Below are positions 38,106-51,500 of a stretch of DNA of 64,000 nucleotides, in pieces. Position 1 is the first letter of the stretch. Each line of letters starts with the position of its first letter. The stretch is from Podarcis filfolensis (taxonomy: Eukaryota), in assembly GCA_964270895.1 (NCBI GenBank), contig OZ185435.1; one strand, given 5' to 3'. The notes beneath the pieces are model-generated. The model was not told where the DNA came from and did no database searches. It saw nothing but the letters and a program-made list of their open reading frames with translations. Position numbers and translations under genes: made by a program.

Positions 38106-38657
38106 TTCTATATGCTTGCACTGCACACACGGGTTTAGAGGGGAGTGGGGTCAGCTCACATCTGCCGGCTGGCTTGCCTGTGAACAGGGAACAGCCAAGA
38201 CATTTTTGCCTTTTCGGCACCTGAGACAAACCTCAAAATGGCGCCCCATCCTCTCCCCACTAGGGAAGAAGGGTGAGTGAAGATCTGCATCAAGAACAAG
38301 GGTGCGGGGAATAATAATGATCTGCCTTGGGATCTGTGGACCCTGCCTTCTGAGGCGATTGCCTCACCTCACCCTAATCCCCCAGGTTGGTCCTAAATAC
38401 ACCACTCCTGGAAATTTTGAGCTGAAAAAGACCTGAAGGTATGGATACTAGTATTGGGGCAGATTCAATTCTACTTGGAATGTAGTCTACAAATTTACAG
38501 AGTTTATATCAATGTTCTTTTAATGTGTCCAGAGAACCCTGGGAACTGTCATGTTGGAATATTCACCTCAGAGTAACACAGTCACTATGGATTCTGGAGA
38601 GAGGGAATGCCTTTTTAGTATGCCCACATAATCTAATCTGAGGCAAAGCTCAGCCAC

Positions 38658-39030
38658 GGACCTTGTCTCGTTCCTTTTTCTATTTTAAATTGATTCGTTA
38701 TCACCTGGTTAATAAATAATTTTGTATTCTGTTCTGTATATACAGCTTGTATTCCTTTTATAAACTTTTCTCCATATTCCATTTCTTCCATCACCTTCTT
38801 CATAAAATCCCAATATATATTATCAAACACTTTTTCTGCATCTATAAACATCATTGCTGCTTTTTTTCTCATTTCTTACTTCTAGATATTCTATTACATT
38901 TAAAATATTTCTTATATTATCTTTCATCTGTCTACCTGAAAGGAATCCCGCTTGATCTGGATATATATAAACATTTAAGACCTTTTTCAGTCTATTAGCT
39001 AAAATATTAGCAAATATATTGTAGTCAAGA
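38658..39030 (-). mobile_element. L1/Tx1-type LINE reverse-transcriptase fragment, frameshifted
   Basis: DYNIFANILANRLKKVL..YPDQAGF..GRQMKDNIR (ORF 38823..39050) and FIDAEKVFD..GTRQG (ORF 38633..38872). Confidence 0.9.
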
Positions 39031-40373
39031 GGTAAAGTACCTTTGAGCACATAATGAGACTGTTTCCTCTTTTAGTGTATTGGTGCAGCTTAGTCCCCAC
39101 AGTTGTTTGACCAGGGAACATTAACTTCAAGGTGACTTTTAGCCAAACTACAGTACTTCAAGCTATCAGAGTCAAGCGTTGTCATACATGCTGCAGTCAT
39201 AGGCAATGACTAGCTGGTCTGTGTCTTTCATTTCTAAAGGGCCCTCTCCCATCTGCTTTGTAACAATCTCTAATGCACATATACCGGAGTCAAACATGTT
39301 TACACCTGATCATATCCACAAACTCAGCTTCTTATAGGGCACAGAGCAGCAAAAAAGAAAGAAAAAGCCCTGTTCCGTTTCCTGATAAAGTTGTTCATTA
39401 TCATAACCAGGGCAATTTCTGTCCCAAATCAAAGTCTGATGTTTGTTGGCTATGGGTCTCAGTGACTGAAAGTAGCAACATGCTTGTGGCTAATCAGTTG
39501 TGATAATGGGATATTTGGACATGCTGTGCAATCTGGGCCTATTCCTAAACGTTATTAAAAAATGGAATTCAAACAACTTGCAGAACAATGAGGTTTTGAG
39601 TTTTGACAATTTTACTGTTGGGGACTTGCTGAAATAAAATTACACATCAGCAACTGAGCCTCTGTAAAATTTTGAATGGTTCAGAATGTTTATGCCTACC
39701 ATACCAAATTTATAGACACAAGTAGCAGCATAGCAGCATAGCAACATATACAATACACTGTTAATCAAAGAACATACTGAAAAAAATTATCTGCTTGGTA
39801 TGCCAGAACATTCAGATCTAGGCCAGCACACAATGAACCAAATGAGTTGAGGTCACACTAATCTTTGTTTTATTTTGTTAGATGAAAAACGGATATCAGT
39901 GCAATTGTAGTATGTTGCTTCAGAAGCACGAACCACTATTTTCAGAAAGAATTAATTTTATCTTGTGATAACTCATCCAGGTCCATTTATATGAATGAGT
40001 ATATTTGTTTTGTTATGCTCATCAATGTCATTTAAACCAAAAGGGCAAACCTTGTATTAACAAGGGGTTTTCCACAAGGCCTTTTTTTTTTTTTTTTTAA
40101 ATGCCCCTTATTTCAGATTACTGCTCAGGAAAGATATTCATTTATTGTAATCCAGGAGGTTTTTCCATATAAGCACAAAATAATTAATATGTAAGTATCT
40201 GATGAGCTTCAGGCACCAACTTAAGACTTGGTGATTTCAGCACACCTCTTTATGAAACTGATTTGTTTTTTAAACCTTTGTCAGATGATCCATTTTTGTA
40301 TTGATTATCCTTAATGCGCTTTTGCTTGATTTTACATTGTTTTGATTTTAATGGAGATCCTGTAAACTTCATA

Positions 40374-40588
40374 TTGTATTGGCCTGAAAATAAGCTGCAC
40401 TTTCCCCCCAAATCTGATCATGAGTGCAGCTTATATTCGCAACCTTATGCCATTGGCAAAGTGGTGTGGCTCCACCCTCCCAGGAAGCAGCCCAGGAGTG
40501 TGGGGCAATGGCGCCCGTCCCATCCACGGCTCCCAAACCGCCAAATTTTAAAGGTGCCACCTATTTGCAGGTATTCCTGCCAATACAG
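40374..40588. mobile_element. Degenerate Tc1/mariner-type MITE
   Basis: TA|TTGTATTGGCCTGAAAATAAGCTGCAC ... GCCAATACAG|TA. Confidence 0.5.
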
Positions 40589-41044
40589 TAGATACGTTTT
40601 TTTAATGAGTTTGAAGCATAGATATTAATAAAGAATACCAGCATTTATATACTGTTGACGAAAGGTTCTGCAATTTCTAAAATTCATTGGTAACTTTGGG
40701 CTTTTCAGATGTTTGATGGGGCGAGCTGAGCTCTTCTAAATGTAACTAGGGTAACAAACAGTGACATGACAAACTGCGCAGCAGAGGCTCTGCACAAACT
40801 ATACCTTTTAGAGCACATTCCAAACATATTCGTTCCCTTGAAGAATTCTGGGCACTGTGGTTTGTTAAGGGCTGCTGGGAATTGCTACTCTGTGGGGTAA
40901 ACTACAGTGCCCAGAATTCACAGAGGGAAAGAATGTGATTGCTTTAATGGTATAATGGGTACTACACACCCAAAGACAGCTAGGTCTTAGGGAAAGCAGC
41001 TCCTGAAGTAAGGAGTGGGGAGCAAAGCATCCTTGGTATCTGAT

Positions 41045-41638
41045 CATAGCTGTCAACTTACAGATTTGAAAATAAGGGACCAGCAGCCTTGAAAATAAGG
41101 GATCAGCAGCCAAAATAAGGGACCTGCAGCCTCACCTGTTCCAGGCACTCCAGTCTTCCTGTCCTCCTGCAGTCTGGTCAAACTCATGCTGGTAGCTTCG
41201 AGAACGCTGTCCAACCAACTATGTAACCAGAGGCTCAACTGACTAGAATCTGAATCACATGCACCACAAGGCCTATGCAACCTCAACTTAAGATGGCTCC
41301 CCGGCCTGGCTTTGCACTGCAAAGTTTGCAGCAGCACATGCAACAAAATGGCGTCCAGCATTCAAAAAACCCCTCAGCTTGCATTAACTAGCCACACAAA
41401 AGGTATGCAAGCTCCACCCCCAGTCGTTCTTAGACTTCTTATTGGGTGAGCAACAGAGCCAAGCAACACAGTTGGAGCCTCCCTCCTCCCTGGCCGGCAG
41501 GGAGGGAGGGAGAGGAGCTGCTTCCTTTGAAATTTAAAGGACATCATTTAAGGGACATCCATCAATAAGGGACAGCAGCGGGACATGGCACTGGAATAAG
41601 GGACTGTCCCTTCAAACAAGGGACACTTGACAGCTATG
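41045..41638. mobile_element. hAT MITE, 594 bp, perfect 8-bp TSD TATCTGAT, containing a BovB fragment (41141-41217)
   Basis: TIR CATAGCTGTCAA / TTGACAGCTATG; TATCTGAT at 41037-41044 and 41639-41646; many subterminal AAGGGAC motifs. Confidence 0.9.
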
Positions 41639-44600
41639 TATCTGATCGCTTGGAAGTCTCTTGCAGGGGAAACAAGGCAATTAAAATAGATTTGCAGAAG
41701 TTTAATATACTGAGGCTGCCGTCCTATACACTGTTCTGAGATTACCCTAGAACTCAAGAGGGTACACTTTTGAGCAGACATACAATATATATGTGCTGCA
41801 AAAGGTTTGGGCTGGCCATTCTTGTGGAAAGGGTGAGGGTGAAATAGCAAAGGTCAGGTCGCAATCTGGCCAAGATGCACAACCATGTGTTAATTGTACC
41901 TTGCCAGTGGTGTAACAGACAGGGAATTACCTTGTGAATTGCCCTGAGACCTATGATGAAGGGCAGTATGGAAGTCTAAAATAAAATAAAAAAGCAAGCA
42001 AGCAGGATTTTCTTTCACAGCGGGAATAAATTTTGGAGTGACATGGTAACTGATGGGATCTTCCTTGCTTTGGCAAGTGATTGAGATAATGTTTGTGTCA
42101 GATCAGCACAAACTGAGAAAGAAAATAATCAAGCAGAGGTTGAATACTACTTTTCTTTTCTTAGATAGGCTTCATATTTCATGCTAACATTAAGAAAAAG
42201 TTAAGAAAATGGCTCGATTCAGGCAGCAAGTCTAGATTTTGTTCATGCAGAATAGTTCACCACATCACAAATTACTGTAGTCTTCACTGTATCTTTTTTA
42301 ATTTAGTGTTTGGAGCAGCACTGATGTTTCCCTTTATAATAGTATGAGTTGCTTCTTTGGATCCTGTGTATTGATCTTGGATTATACCGAATGGTTATTT
42401 ACCATAAATATTTCATAAACATTCCAGTTATTTTTTAATGACTCCTCATCTGCATCTTTCTCCAACCTATGAACAATGGCTTCATTCAATCAAAATGAAG
42501 CCATTCTGAAGAGACCAGCACATGGAATACATAAACAATTGCTTATGAAAATGTGCTCTGTGCCCATTATCCTTGAAGACACAAGTAGACTTTCAGCATA
42601 TAGGTCACATATACTGAAAATAAATAAAATCCACACAAGTTAATACTACAGAAACACAGAATGCTTATTTATTTTGCATAGTTTAGGCCTGCCCTTCATC
42701 ATGTGATCTCAGTGTACATTACAATATAATTAAAATAAGAATTCCAAACAAGTTCAGTCATGAAAACCTCCAGACTTGCAGCAGTAGCAAACATCCCAAA
42801 AATCTCCAGGCAAAAATAGGTACATATTTGCCTAGTACCAAAACACTGGAAATATTGGTGCCAATTGGGTTTCCAGGAGGAAAGAATTCCACAGGTGTGG
42901 AACTACCACAGGGAAGCACCTATCTCATATATAAGTGCAATTTTATCACATAAAAGCAGCAAATGTTATAAATTGCTCTGCTTCCAACATGACTTATACA
43001 GTGCAGCCATTCAAGCACTATGTGAAATAAATTAGCTTGGATCCTTATAACCCCATGAATGGGAACTCTGCCCAAGGATTGTTTCTGCTGGCACCCGGTT
43101 TCCACCAATTGCCCCTTCATCTCCCTGTGTACCCCAAAAATCTGCTAAAGTGTTGTGGGCCCAGTTCAAGGGAGAAGGTGCTAGCCACAATCATCTAGCC
43201 ACTTTTAAGCAGTGGTAACTTTCCTGAATCAAAAGCCTGAATCACTAACAGAAGGAAAGCTCGGAATCCAAACCAGTGGTTGTTTGAAATGCATTCTGCT
43301 GATATTCGAAGGGTGACAGGTGGCCAATATTGATCAAGTAATTCATACTGATGAGTAGGCTAAGTCTTCCAAAGTTACAAACCATGACTGAATTTCTGTA
43401 ATATAAACAATGAAAGTGTGGAGTGGGTGGGTGCTACATTGAAAAAAAGCCACCAAAAACAAGACATTTCATCTCATTTGGAGCTGATTGAGGTTATACC
43501 CCTTTAAAAAAATAAACGTGTGCAGCTGAGACAAAAATGGCCACAACTATAATAGATATTAATGGCTTAGCAAACTCAGGTGCTGAGTTAAAATGGTTAT
43601 GTAACTCAAAACAGGGCTGCTGATGAACAGTGGGAACGTTTGTACAAATAGGAAAAAGAAATCTTAAGCAGGTGAAACTAATGGTTGCAACACTCCCCCC
43701 CCCAAAAAAAAAAACCTCGTTGAGGAAGTGGTCATGTCTTCATTTCCTGCCAATTCTTGAACCACAGCATATGCAGCAGCAGTTTCTCTCCCATGTTTTG
43801 CAACTGCACCCTACCCTTCCACCTTATAGGAATTCTGAGTTTCCAATGGCAACTTACAATGTGGCACAGCTAAATTATGTGTGAAAAGTAGGGAAGTCGG
43901 CTATATGTGCATGCATGCAAGTCTTACATATATGTGAAGACTAGCCACCATTTGGTCTCCAAAAGAGTCATATTTGAATCATTATACTAAAGGAGTACTT
44001 TGCAAATTAACAAAGCCGCTTGCCTTAGTCACTCCCAATTTTTTCAGTTTAATGTTTTCAAGCTTAATAAACCACTAAACAGCATTTTGAAAAAGTGTCT
44101 TTACTTTAATGAGCTTAGTAACATCAAATCAACAATACAAAAATGTGATTTCTTTTTCTTAGCTTTATACATTATTGTGGACCACCTGAAAACTGGACTA
44201 AAAAAGCACCTCTCATTAGTCCTGGCCTAAATGTTTGCAGTACATAAAAGGATAGATATTACTATGCGTTTTGTGAATGAAATGTGAACATTAACTTAAA
44301 TAGCATAGATATATAGAAGGAAGTGCACTGTGTAATACTACAAAAATGTATGTTAGTGTAGGATGAAAAATGTTAAATTGCCATTAACAAATCTGAAGTT
44401 ACTATACACTGATTTTCAATGTCCTAGTTTTGGCTTGTTTAAATTATTTAAACTATTTAAATTATTTTAAATAGTAGTAAAATTTTAAATATTTAAAATA
44501 TATTTCCTCTATGAAGACCTGTTTATTGGAAGACAGTTTGAGTTTCCTTTTTAACATATATTACTTAAAGCAAAAGGAAAATGATACAATGTTCTGTTAA

Positions 44601-47600
44601 AGAAGGCTGTACAATCCAGTTGTATCACTCTTGATGCAAACAGAGGCTTAAAAGGAGGGAAAAAATAATCAAATGATATACATCATTTAGAGATGTGGAA
44701 ACAAAACAAATGTTTGTTGGATTACCAATATGCAGGTGCAAGTATTTAGTTTAGCACAGTGTTATCGATTTGTTTGCTTGTCCCCACTGATAAATTAAAA
44801 AAGAATGAGAACTTCATGTTTATACATTTGAGTGGGTACTGAATATTTGGAAATCACATGCACATCTGTAGCCAGCCACTTCCACATTCTTGCAGTATTA
44901 TGAGAATGCAGAGACACAAGTGATGAGTGTGTATCCTATTGATGTATCCTATTGAAATCAGCTACATCACAATCCTAAATACAAAGTGGAAGAAAGTCTG
45001 AATGGTTTCAACATATATTGTATTTAGGTAAGGTGTCAGCTGTTCAAATCCTATAACTCTACTTATTGTAAGCACACTAGCAATTCTCCAAAGCATATCC
45101 AGCACTTTCTCAAAATTGCTACTTGCAGGGGGGGGGTGTCCTTGGAAGGAAGAAAACACAAGGCGGTTGTCTGAGACGAGTAACGTTCAATTTTTATCCC
45201 AGAATATTTAGAAAATGTCTCTGAGCAAATAACCGTATTTCTCAAGTAACGTTGCTGTTACTCTGCCCCTTTATGGCTACAAAACATATACCCTGAATGC
45301 AACAAATACACAATTATTGCTACAGCGAAGGCAAATTTCTTCAGTCTGTTGGTATAAGATGCCTAAAATCTTCGCTTACATTTTATTTTATTGTCCCAAT
45401 GGCATTTCATTCTCCTAAACTCGCTTGATTTTGGATACATAAAACACTGTCTGCCTAGCATGGTTATGTTCTCTGTTGTTTACAGGAACCATGGAATATG
45501 CTCAAAACTAATTAGAGGCTTCTCAATTAAGAGAGAAATGATGGTGTGCAATTGTGCCTAGGAATACACCCAGGCCCCTACAGCTGCAGACCTTTTCCTG
45601 CGCCACAGAGTCACAGAAGACATTGGGTGTGTTCCAAGATGTCCACACTTCATGTGGGACAGTGATTAGGCCTAATAGGCCTCACCAATGCTCAACATGA
45701 AGTTGTGTACCCTTGAACAGACACTCCTTGCAACGTACAGGCATTTCTTGAAACACAGGGAGGGCAAACAAGTTGATGAAAAAGAGTTCTCTGAGGGTAG
45801 GAAGTTGAACACCCATCTAGCAATACAAAACTGTCTTTTCCGTTCTATTCCCATATTCCTGAGTTTCTTATTTATCATTCACTTGATAAAAGCACTTGAT
45901 AAAAGTTGCCACCGACTCGGCACGATCCTCCCAATTACTCAGAAGTAAGTTGCAATGATTTAAATGAGACTTAGTCCTAGGTAAGTGGGCATAGGCTTTC
46001 ATCCTGGGTCTACAACATGGGGCAACCCCAGCTCTTTTGTTTAATTAAAGTTTAATTATTAAACCAATATATGTGTAAGCTTGTGTTGAGATGTATATTA
46101 CTTTGCTGTAGAAGAACACATTTTGTTTTTGCACTTTGAACCTTCAGTGACTGGTTCTTAAGTATTTCAATTCTAAAATGAGAAGTATGGTAGTATCTTC
46201 CTCCAGCTGAGCAGGCTATTTACATGATGGCCCCAAGGATATTGCATCTACATTATAAAAAGACTTTCAAATATCTTCCTAACACAACATACTCTCACAG
46301 AGCAATGCTACAGATGCCTGCTCAAAAGAAAGGCTCAGAAGTTCTACAGGGCTTGGATAAGCAGGTAAAAGACTGCACCCTTAATTATGAGTGAAGATGT
46401 ACATTTGTTTGCAGGGAGTATGTATATATTCTGAGGTTTCCAAGATAATTCAGCAGTATTACGCTTCTTTGTTTGCAGGTAAGATTCATGCCTGAAATGT
46501 TTCTAGGAAGAGGGTCAAGATGCAGCCCTAACACTGGTATAGTTTGAGTCTAGACCATTAGTTCTTCTACAGAACTAGCAGAGATACAGCAAAATCACAG
46601 TCACAGTAATACAACTTGGCTTTTTTCAAGACAAGTGCAGTAGGAAGATATTTTAAGACAAATATCAACAAGAAATTTACCAAAATTTTCATTGCATCCC
46701 CCCCATCAGAAAAACGAAGTACCACCACATCCTACAATATAAAAACCTTTTGAAAATGCAGAGGTAAACCAACATAATAGGTAATCAAGATCAAAAATGT
46801 TGTCCTTTGATATTTTGAAATCCTAGTTTAATTCATGATCACAGCCTTTCATTATTCTTTACAAATCTAAGGTGCAATGAACATATGTACAACTAAAGAA
46901 AATACACCATGCTACATACAAGAATATCCTGATTGGCTAGTGAATGAAGAATCCTGCTTTCTTGGCTGAAATCAAGGCACTAAGTGGCAGTGAAAGGACA
47001 AATGAATTATATATATATATATTTATGTATATATATTATCTGACAAAAGTACAATACGTTTAGTCCTTTTACAAATCCAAGCAGAGGACTTACACATTTT
47101 GAATCCAAGACTGAGGTAAGGCATTCTGTTGGCAGATGAAGAAATTTTCCTACTGATCAGAGTTTAACACATTTGTAGTCTAAGTGGGACTACTGGTCCT
47201 ACTGATTAAAAAAATAACCCAGCTGAGAAAGACAACTACAAAAGAACGTCTGAGGATTTGAAAAGGCACCAAGAAGCAAACAGTTCTGCCATTACCAATT
47301 TTTTAAAAATGTCAGCTGTGTTTAACACTGCATATATAGTCTATTCAATCATCAGTCTTCGGTATCCAGAAGAGAAATGTAGTAGCTATTCAATGAAAAT
47401 TTCAATTATTCATGTTATTTTAGTAAGAAATTTATTTTCATTTATCAGAAAATAAAATGCAGTGTTTAAACACAGCTTAACTTATAAAGCAAACTTATAA
47501 AGTCTAGTATGTCTTATTCCTGGTTAACACTGGAGGAAACCTGTATAAACAAAAGGATTATCTTAAGATATAGTTTACAATATGAAATTAATATATAAAA

Positions 47601-48389
47601 ATGAACAGAATTTACTGAAAACCATGAAAAGTGTATTACAAAGATACACAAAACAATTGTAAGCCACAATATTTTCTCTGTGAAAAATACAACTATTTGT
47701 GAGATAAAATGTACAACTGATTTCTTTCCAAAGGGAAAAAAAGCACAGTATAAAGAAAAATACGTTTTTCTTCAAAATAAAAAAATGGGGGAAATAGTTA
47801 AAGTCATTGTTTTTCATTACAATATAATTTGACACAAAATAGCCGTCAAAGGATTGCACCAACTCCATGTTCAGCCTCCTGAACATAACAGCAGTAAAAG
47901 GAGTCCATAAAGCAGAATGAGAATTCTGAATTTGTGATGGCGATTATTCATGTACAGAATTTCCTGTCATATTAGCTCTGTTTGCAAAATGTAGAAGACT
48001 CTACTTGATCAGACAAATGTAAATATTTGTTTACCACCCAGACTCTTCCTAGTGTACAGAGCCAGAAAAAGCCATGGGTCATTTCACCGTAGCCCAAAAA
48101 TATATATTTAGTGCATGCTTTGATCATTTCAAAAATAAACCTGTCATTTCAATACAAGAGTTTACAAAATAGAAAAAAAAAATCATTATTCAGATTAAAA
48201 ATGCAGTGAGGTTCATTTGTAGTTCCATTTTCATGGCAGCATAATTTTTCCACGGAACCAAGAACACCACAGATTCCTCAGACTCAGAATAGTCTGGCAT
48301 GACCAGATTAACCAGAGCTTCTCTGACCTTTCAGTTTCTCATGATGAGTGCTATAGAGGGAAAAAATGTAACATTTGGGACAGTGTCTG

Positions 48390-48530
48390 TTATGAACATT
48401 TCTGCTGTACATGATTCAAAAGTTCACCAAACTTCTCAAAGAGGTCTTCTACCCATTTCATATTTTTCATGCATTGCTGTACAATCTCCTCCTGGCCTAG
48501 ATCTGCACTCTTCTTTTGAACGGAAGAAAT
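48390..48530 (-). CDS. QSER1: QSER1 terminal coding exon (ISSVQKK...HVQQKCS*)
   Basis: 141 nt to TAA at 48392-48390. Confidence 0.95.
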   Translation of the reverse strand: MSSVQKKSADLGQEEIVQQCMKNMKWVEDLFEKFGELLNHVQQKCS

Positions 48531-51500
48531 CTATTGAGGAGCAATGGAAGCAGGAGATTAGTTTGCAGGTAACTATTAATTCTCAATACTCTCAGAAGTC
48601 AGAGGTCTTACGTTTTAGTGGATTTATTCAGCCACCCACAAACCACCTGTGACCAAGGGACAACCTCATAAACAAAATACAATGCACTGATACTAATGAA
48701 CTTCCTTGTGCAGCCAAATATGTTCCTTGGCTGAAGCTCTGTTTATGTACTCATGAACAATCTACAATATTATTTAACGACTTTACACTCCCTGCAGGTA
48801 TGCAGCTTGCGAGTACTTCTGGACCCAGTGCTGTCGCTTGAGGCTCAGGTGGCCTCGGTGGTGCAGAGTGCCTTCCATTGGCTTTGGCCAGGTTGCTTAC
48901 CAGGGCAAGATGGTTTGACCATATAATACCAATCCTAGCTCAACTGCATTGGCTGCTAATGATTTTCTGGGCCCAATTCAACATGCTGGTTTTGACCTAT
49001 AAAGCCTTAAACAGCTCAAGACTATACTACCTCAAGGACCGCCTCTCTCTGTATGAAACAACTGGGACCCTGCAATCATCATCAGAGGCCCTTCTTCACG
49101 TGCCCCATCCACAAGAGGCCCAGAGGGCAGGAACACGAGAATAGGCAATTTCTGTGGTGGCCTCCCCAGGGAGGCTTGCCTGGCACTTCATTATGTATCT
49201 TTAGGCACCAGGCAAAAACATTCCTCTTCTTTCAGGCCTTTGGCTAATTATACAGTCTATGGCCTTTTAAACTCTCTCTGTGTGTGGCGGCAGGGAGTAC
49301 TGATTTTGTTTGTTACTATGGTATGTATTTTTGTGTGTTTTTATATTGCAACCCTGTATTAAAGGAACTAAATACCATAAATAAAATTGGCAAGTTTTTC
49401 TTTTGTCTGAGCTACCTGCATTCATTTCAATCCACAGAAATTGTTCAATGACTTAAGAAGCTTTCAGAATAACCTTAACGTTTCCTGCTCACAAAAGCTC
49501 TTGAAAACCCCATATTACTGTAACCAACAAATCTTAGTATTTTAACTAGTATAACTTCCACAGCATGATTTTTATTTAATTTCAGAATTTATGAACTACT
49601 CATTGATTTATAGATAAATGTGACAGAATCAGATAGAAAAAACTAAAAAATGGCTATCATCAACTTGATAAAAACTGACCTCAACTTTACACCTCAGAAA
49701 CATGTGGTATTTGTAATGATGGAGTGAGTGATATAAAGAGCACAATGATATCTTTTCTGGATCTACAGCAAACTCCTGCAGAGAAAAATAGTTTTTATTA
49801 GCCATGAAGTTAACTATGAACTGATGAGTTTATTGGTACCAATAATTATTCCAACCACTCAGAGATAATATGCACTTGTGAATACATTCATCCACACAAG
49901 GCCTGGGTCTAGATTAATCCTTCAGTTTGAAAATGGAACTGAGATCCAGCAGAGACTCTTGCAAAGGGGGTTGAAGGAGGCACTGCTCGTTTTATTTCAC
50001 CTTCCCACTGCAATCCCTGTGCATCCTCCCACATTGTTCCAGTGGCGGTTCCACCCTCCATAGCAGCTTTTCACGGGACACAGGGGAACTGGCAAAAATA
50101 ACCCAGTTCCTGTGAATGGAGTTCACCCTTCTCAGTTTATAATGGGAGACCCGGTTTAGTTCCAGCTAACACTACCCTGCGATTCTGCCCAGTAAAGCTT
50201 AAGAGGGCTTGGGATGTCAATTTCATGCCCTTTAAGTTTTACCCTGTCTGATGATGATGCCTGGGTCCTTCTCCCTCTGATGTGCTTCTCAGATATCACA
50301 ATGGATGAATAGGTGAATGCTGGTTTCTTGTTCACTCTCGGATTCTATTTTCTCTTAGGCATTTCACCCCCTTGCGCTGAATTCCCTCTGTCCAAACATC
50401 ACTGTGCAGCTGCCTGCAGTTTGCTGCTGCAGCAACTCCCCCATCTCCCTAACATTTTTCTCTTTCCCGCTTCAGATAGGCAAATTGCAGACTACTTATT
50501 TCTGTTTGCTATATTGATGAAAAAAAAACCCTTTTAGGAAATGTCTTCCATCATTTCCACCTGGGTACCTTATGATGGTATTCAACGAAAGCAGTTCAGT
50601 GGGGAAAATATTTGCCAGATAGTTAAATGTCTAGGGTTCGCAGAGGCACAGATTTAGAACAGAGATTCAGAGAACCACTGCAGTTGCTTACATGCAGTAT
50701 TAACATGTTTTGATACAGGTTGAAGTCAAATGTGAAAGCTACTATGTAGGGGGTTAAAAAGGCAACAAGGTAAGTGCAAAGGAAGCCATAAAGAAAACTG
50801 TCAATATTATCAGCCATAATGGCAGACCTGGAACCATCAGAGAGAGATGCTTACAGTAAATCTGACTGCACGTCATCTTAGGAGTCCCATTTGAGTTCAG
50901 TGGAGCTTACCTACTCTCAGAGTAGGTACATGTAGGTCTACAGCCTCCAAAGGACCAAATAAAAAAGGGGGGTAGGTTAGTACTTTTGTGTAACGGCTCA
51001 TTCGTAAGGGAAATTAATACCTCCTGTTGTGAAATCTTTCATTTAGAGAACCCCTTTTCTATTCTCTACTTCAACATATTTACCTTTTTAAGAATACAAT
51101 TTCTTACTGGGCTTCAAAGGATAATGATCAAAGGAAATGAAACAAGTCAAATACTTTTTTTAAACTACTGTTAAATAATTTATGAACTTCTTTTTGAAAA
51201 TCCACAACTGGAAAGCATAAAGTTTAGTACCACATTTTATATAATGCATATAAAGAAGATGATTCTAGTAAGGATATTAGTGTTCCATTAAAAATATAGC
51301 AGCAAACCACCCCCAAAAACTTAAAAAAAACACATACCTGTGCTAATTTTGAGGCTGCTTTCGAAATCCTCAGTGTTTTCTTGTTATAAGCTTTGCCATT
51401 CATTTTGATTCTAGGAATTACACTCACTCCAGTTTTTGTTTTAGAATCTCGATTGATTACGGTCAGTTCAGGGAAGCTTTCCAAAGCAGCCTTAGAAGAG

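Noticed and set aside
39880-40760. Several + strand AG...GT segments suggesting a lncRNA divergent from the DEPDC7 promoter
   Set aside because: Only splice-like motifs in AT-rich DNA, no coding signal; indistinguishable from chance without transcript data.
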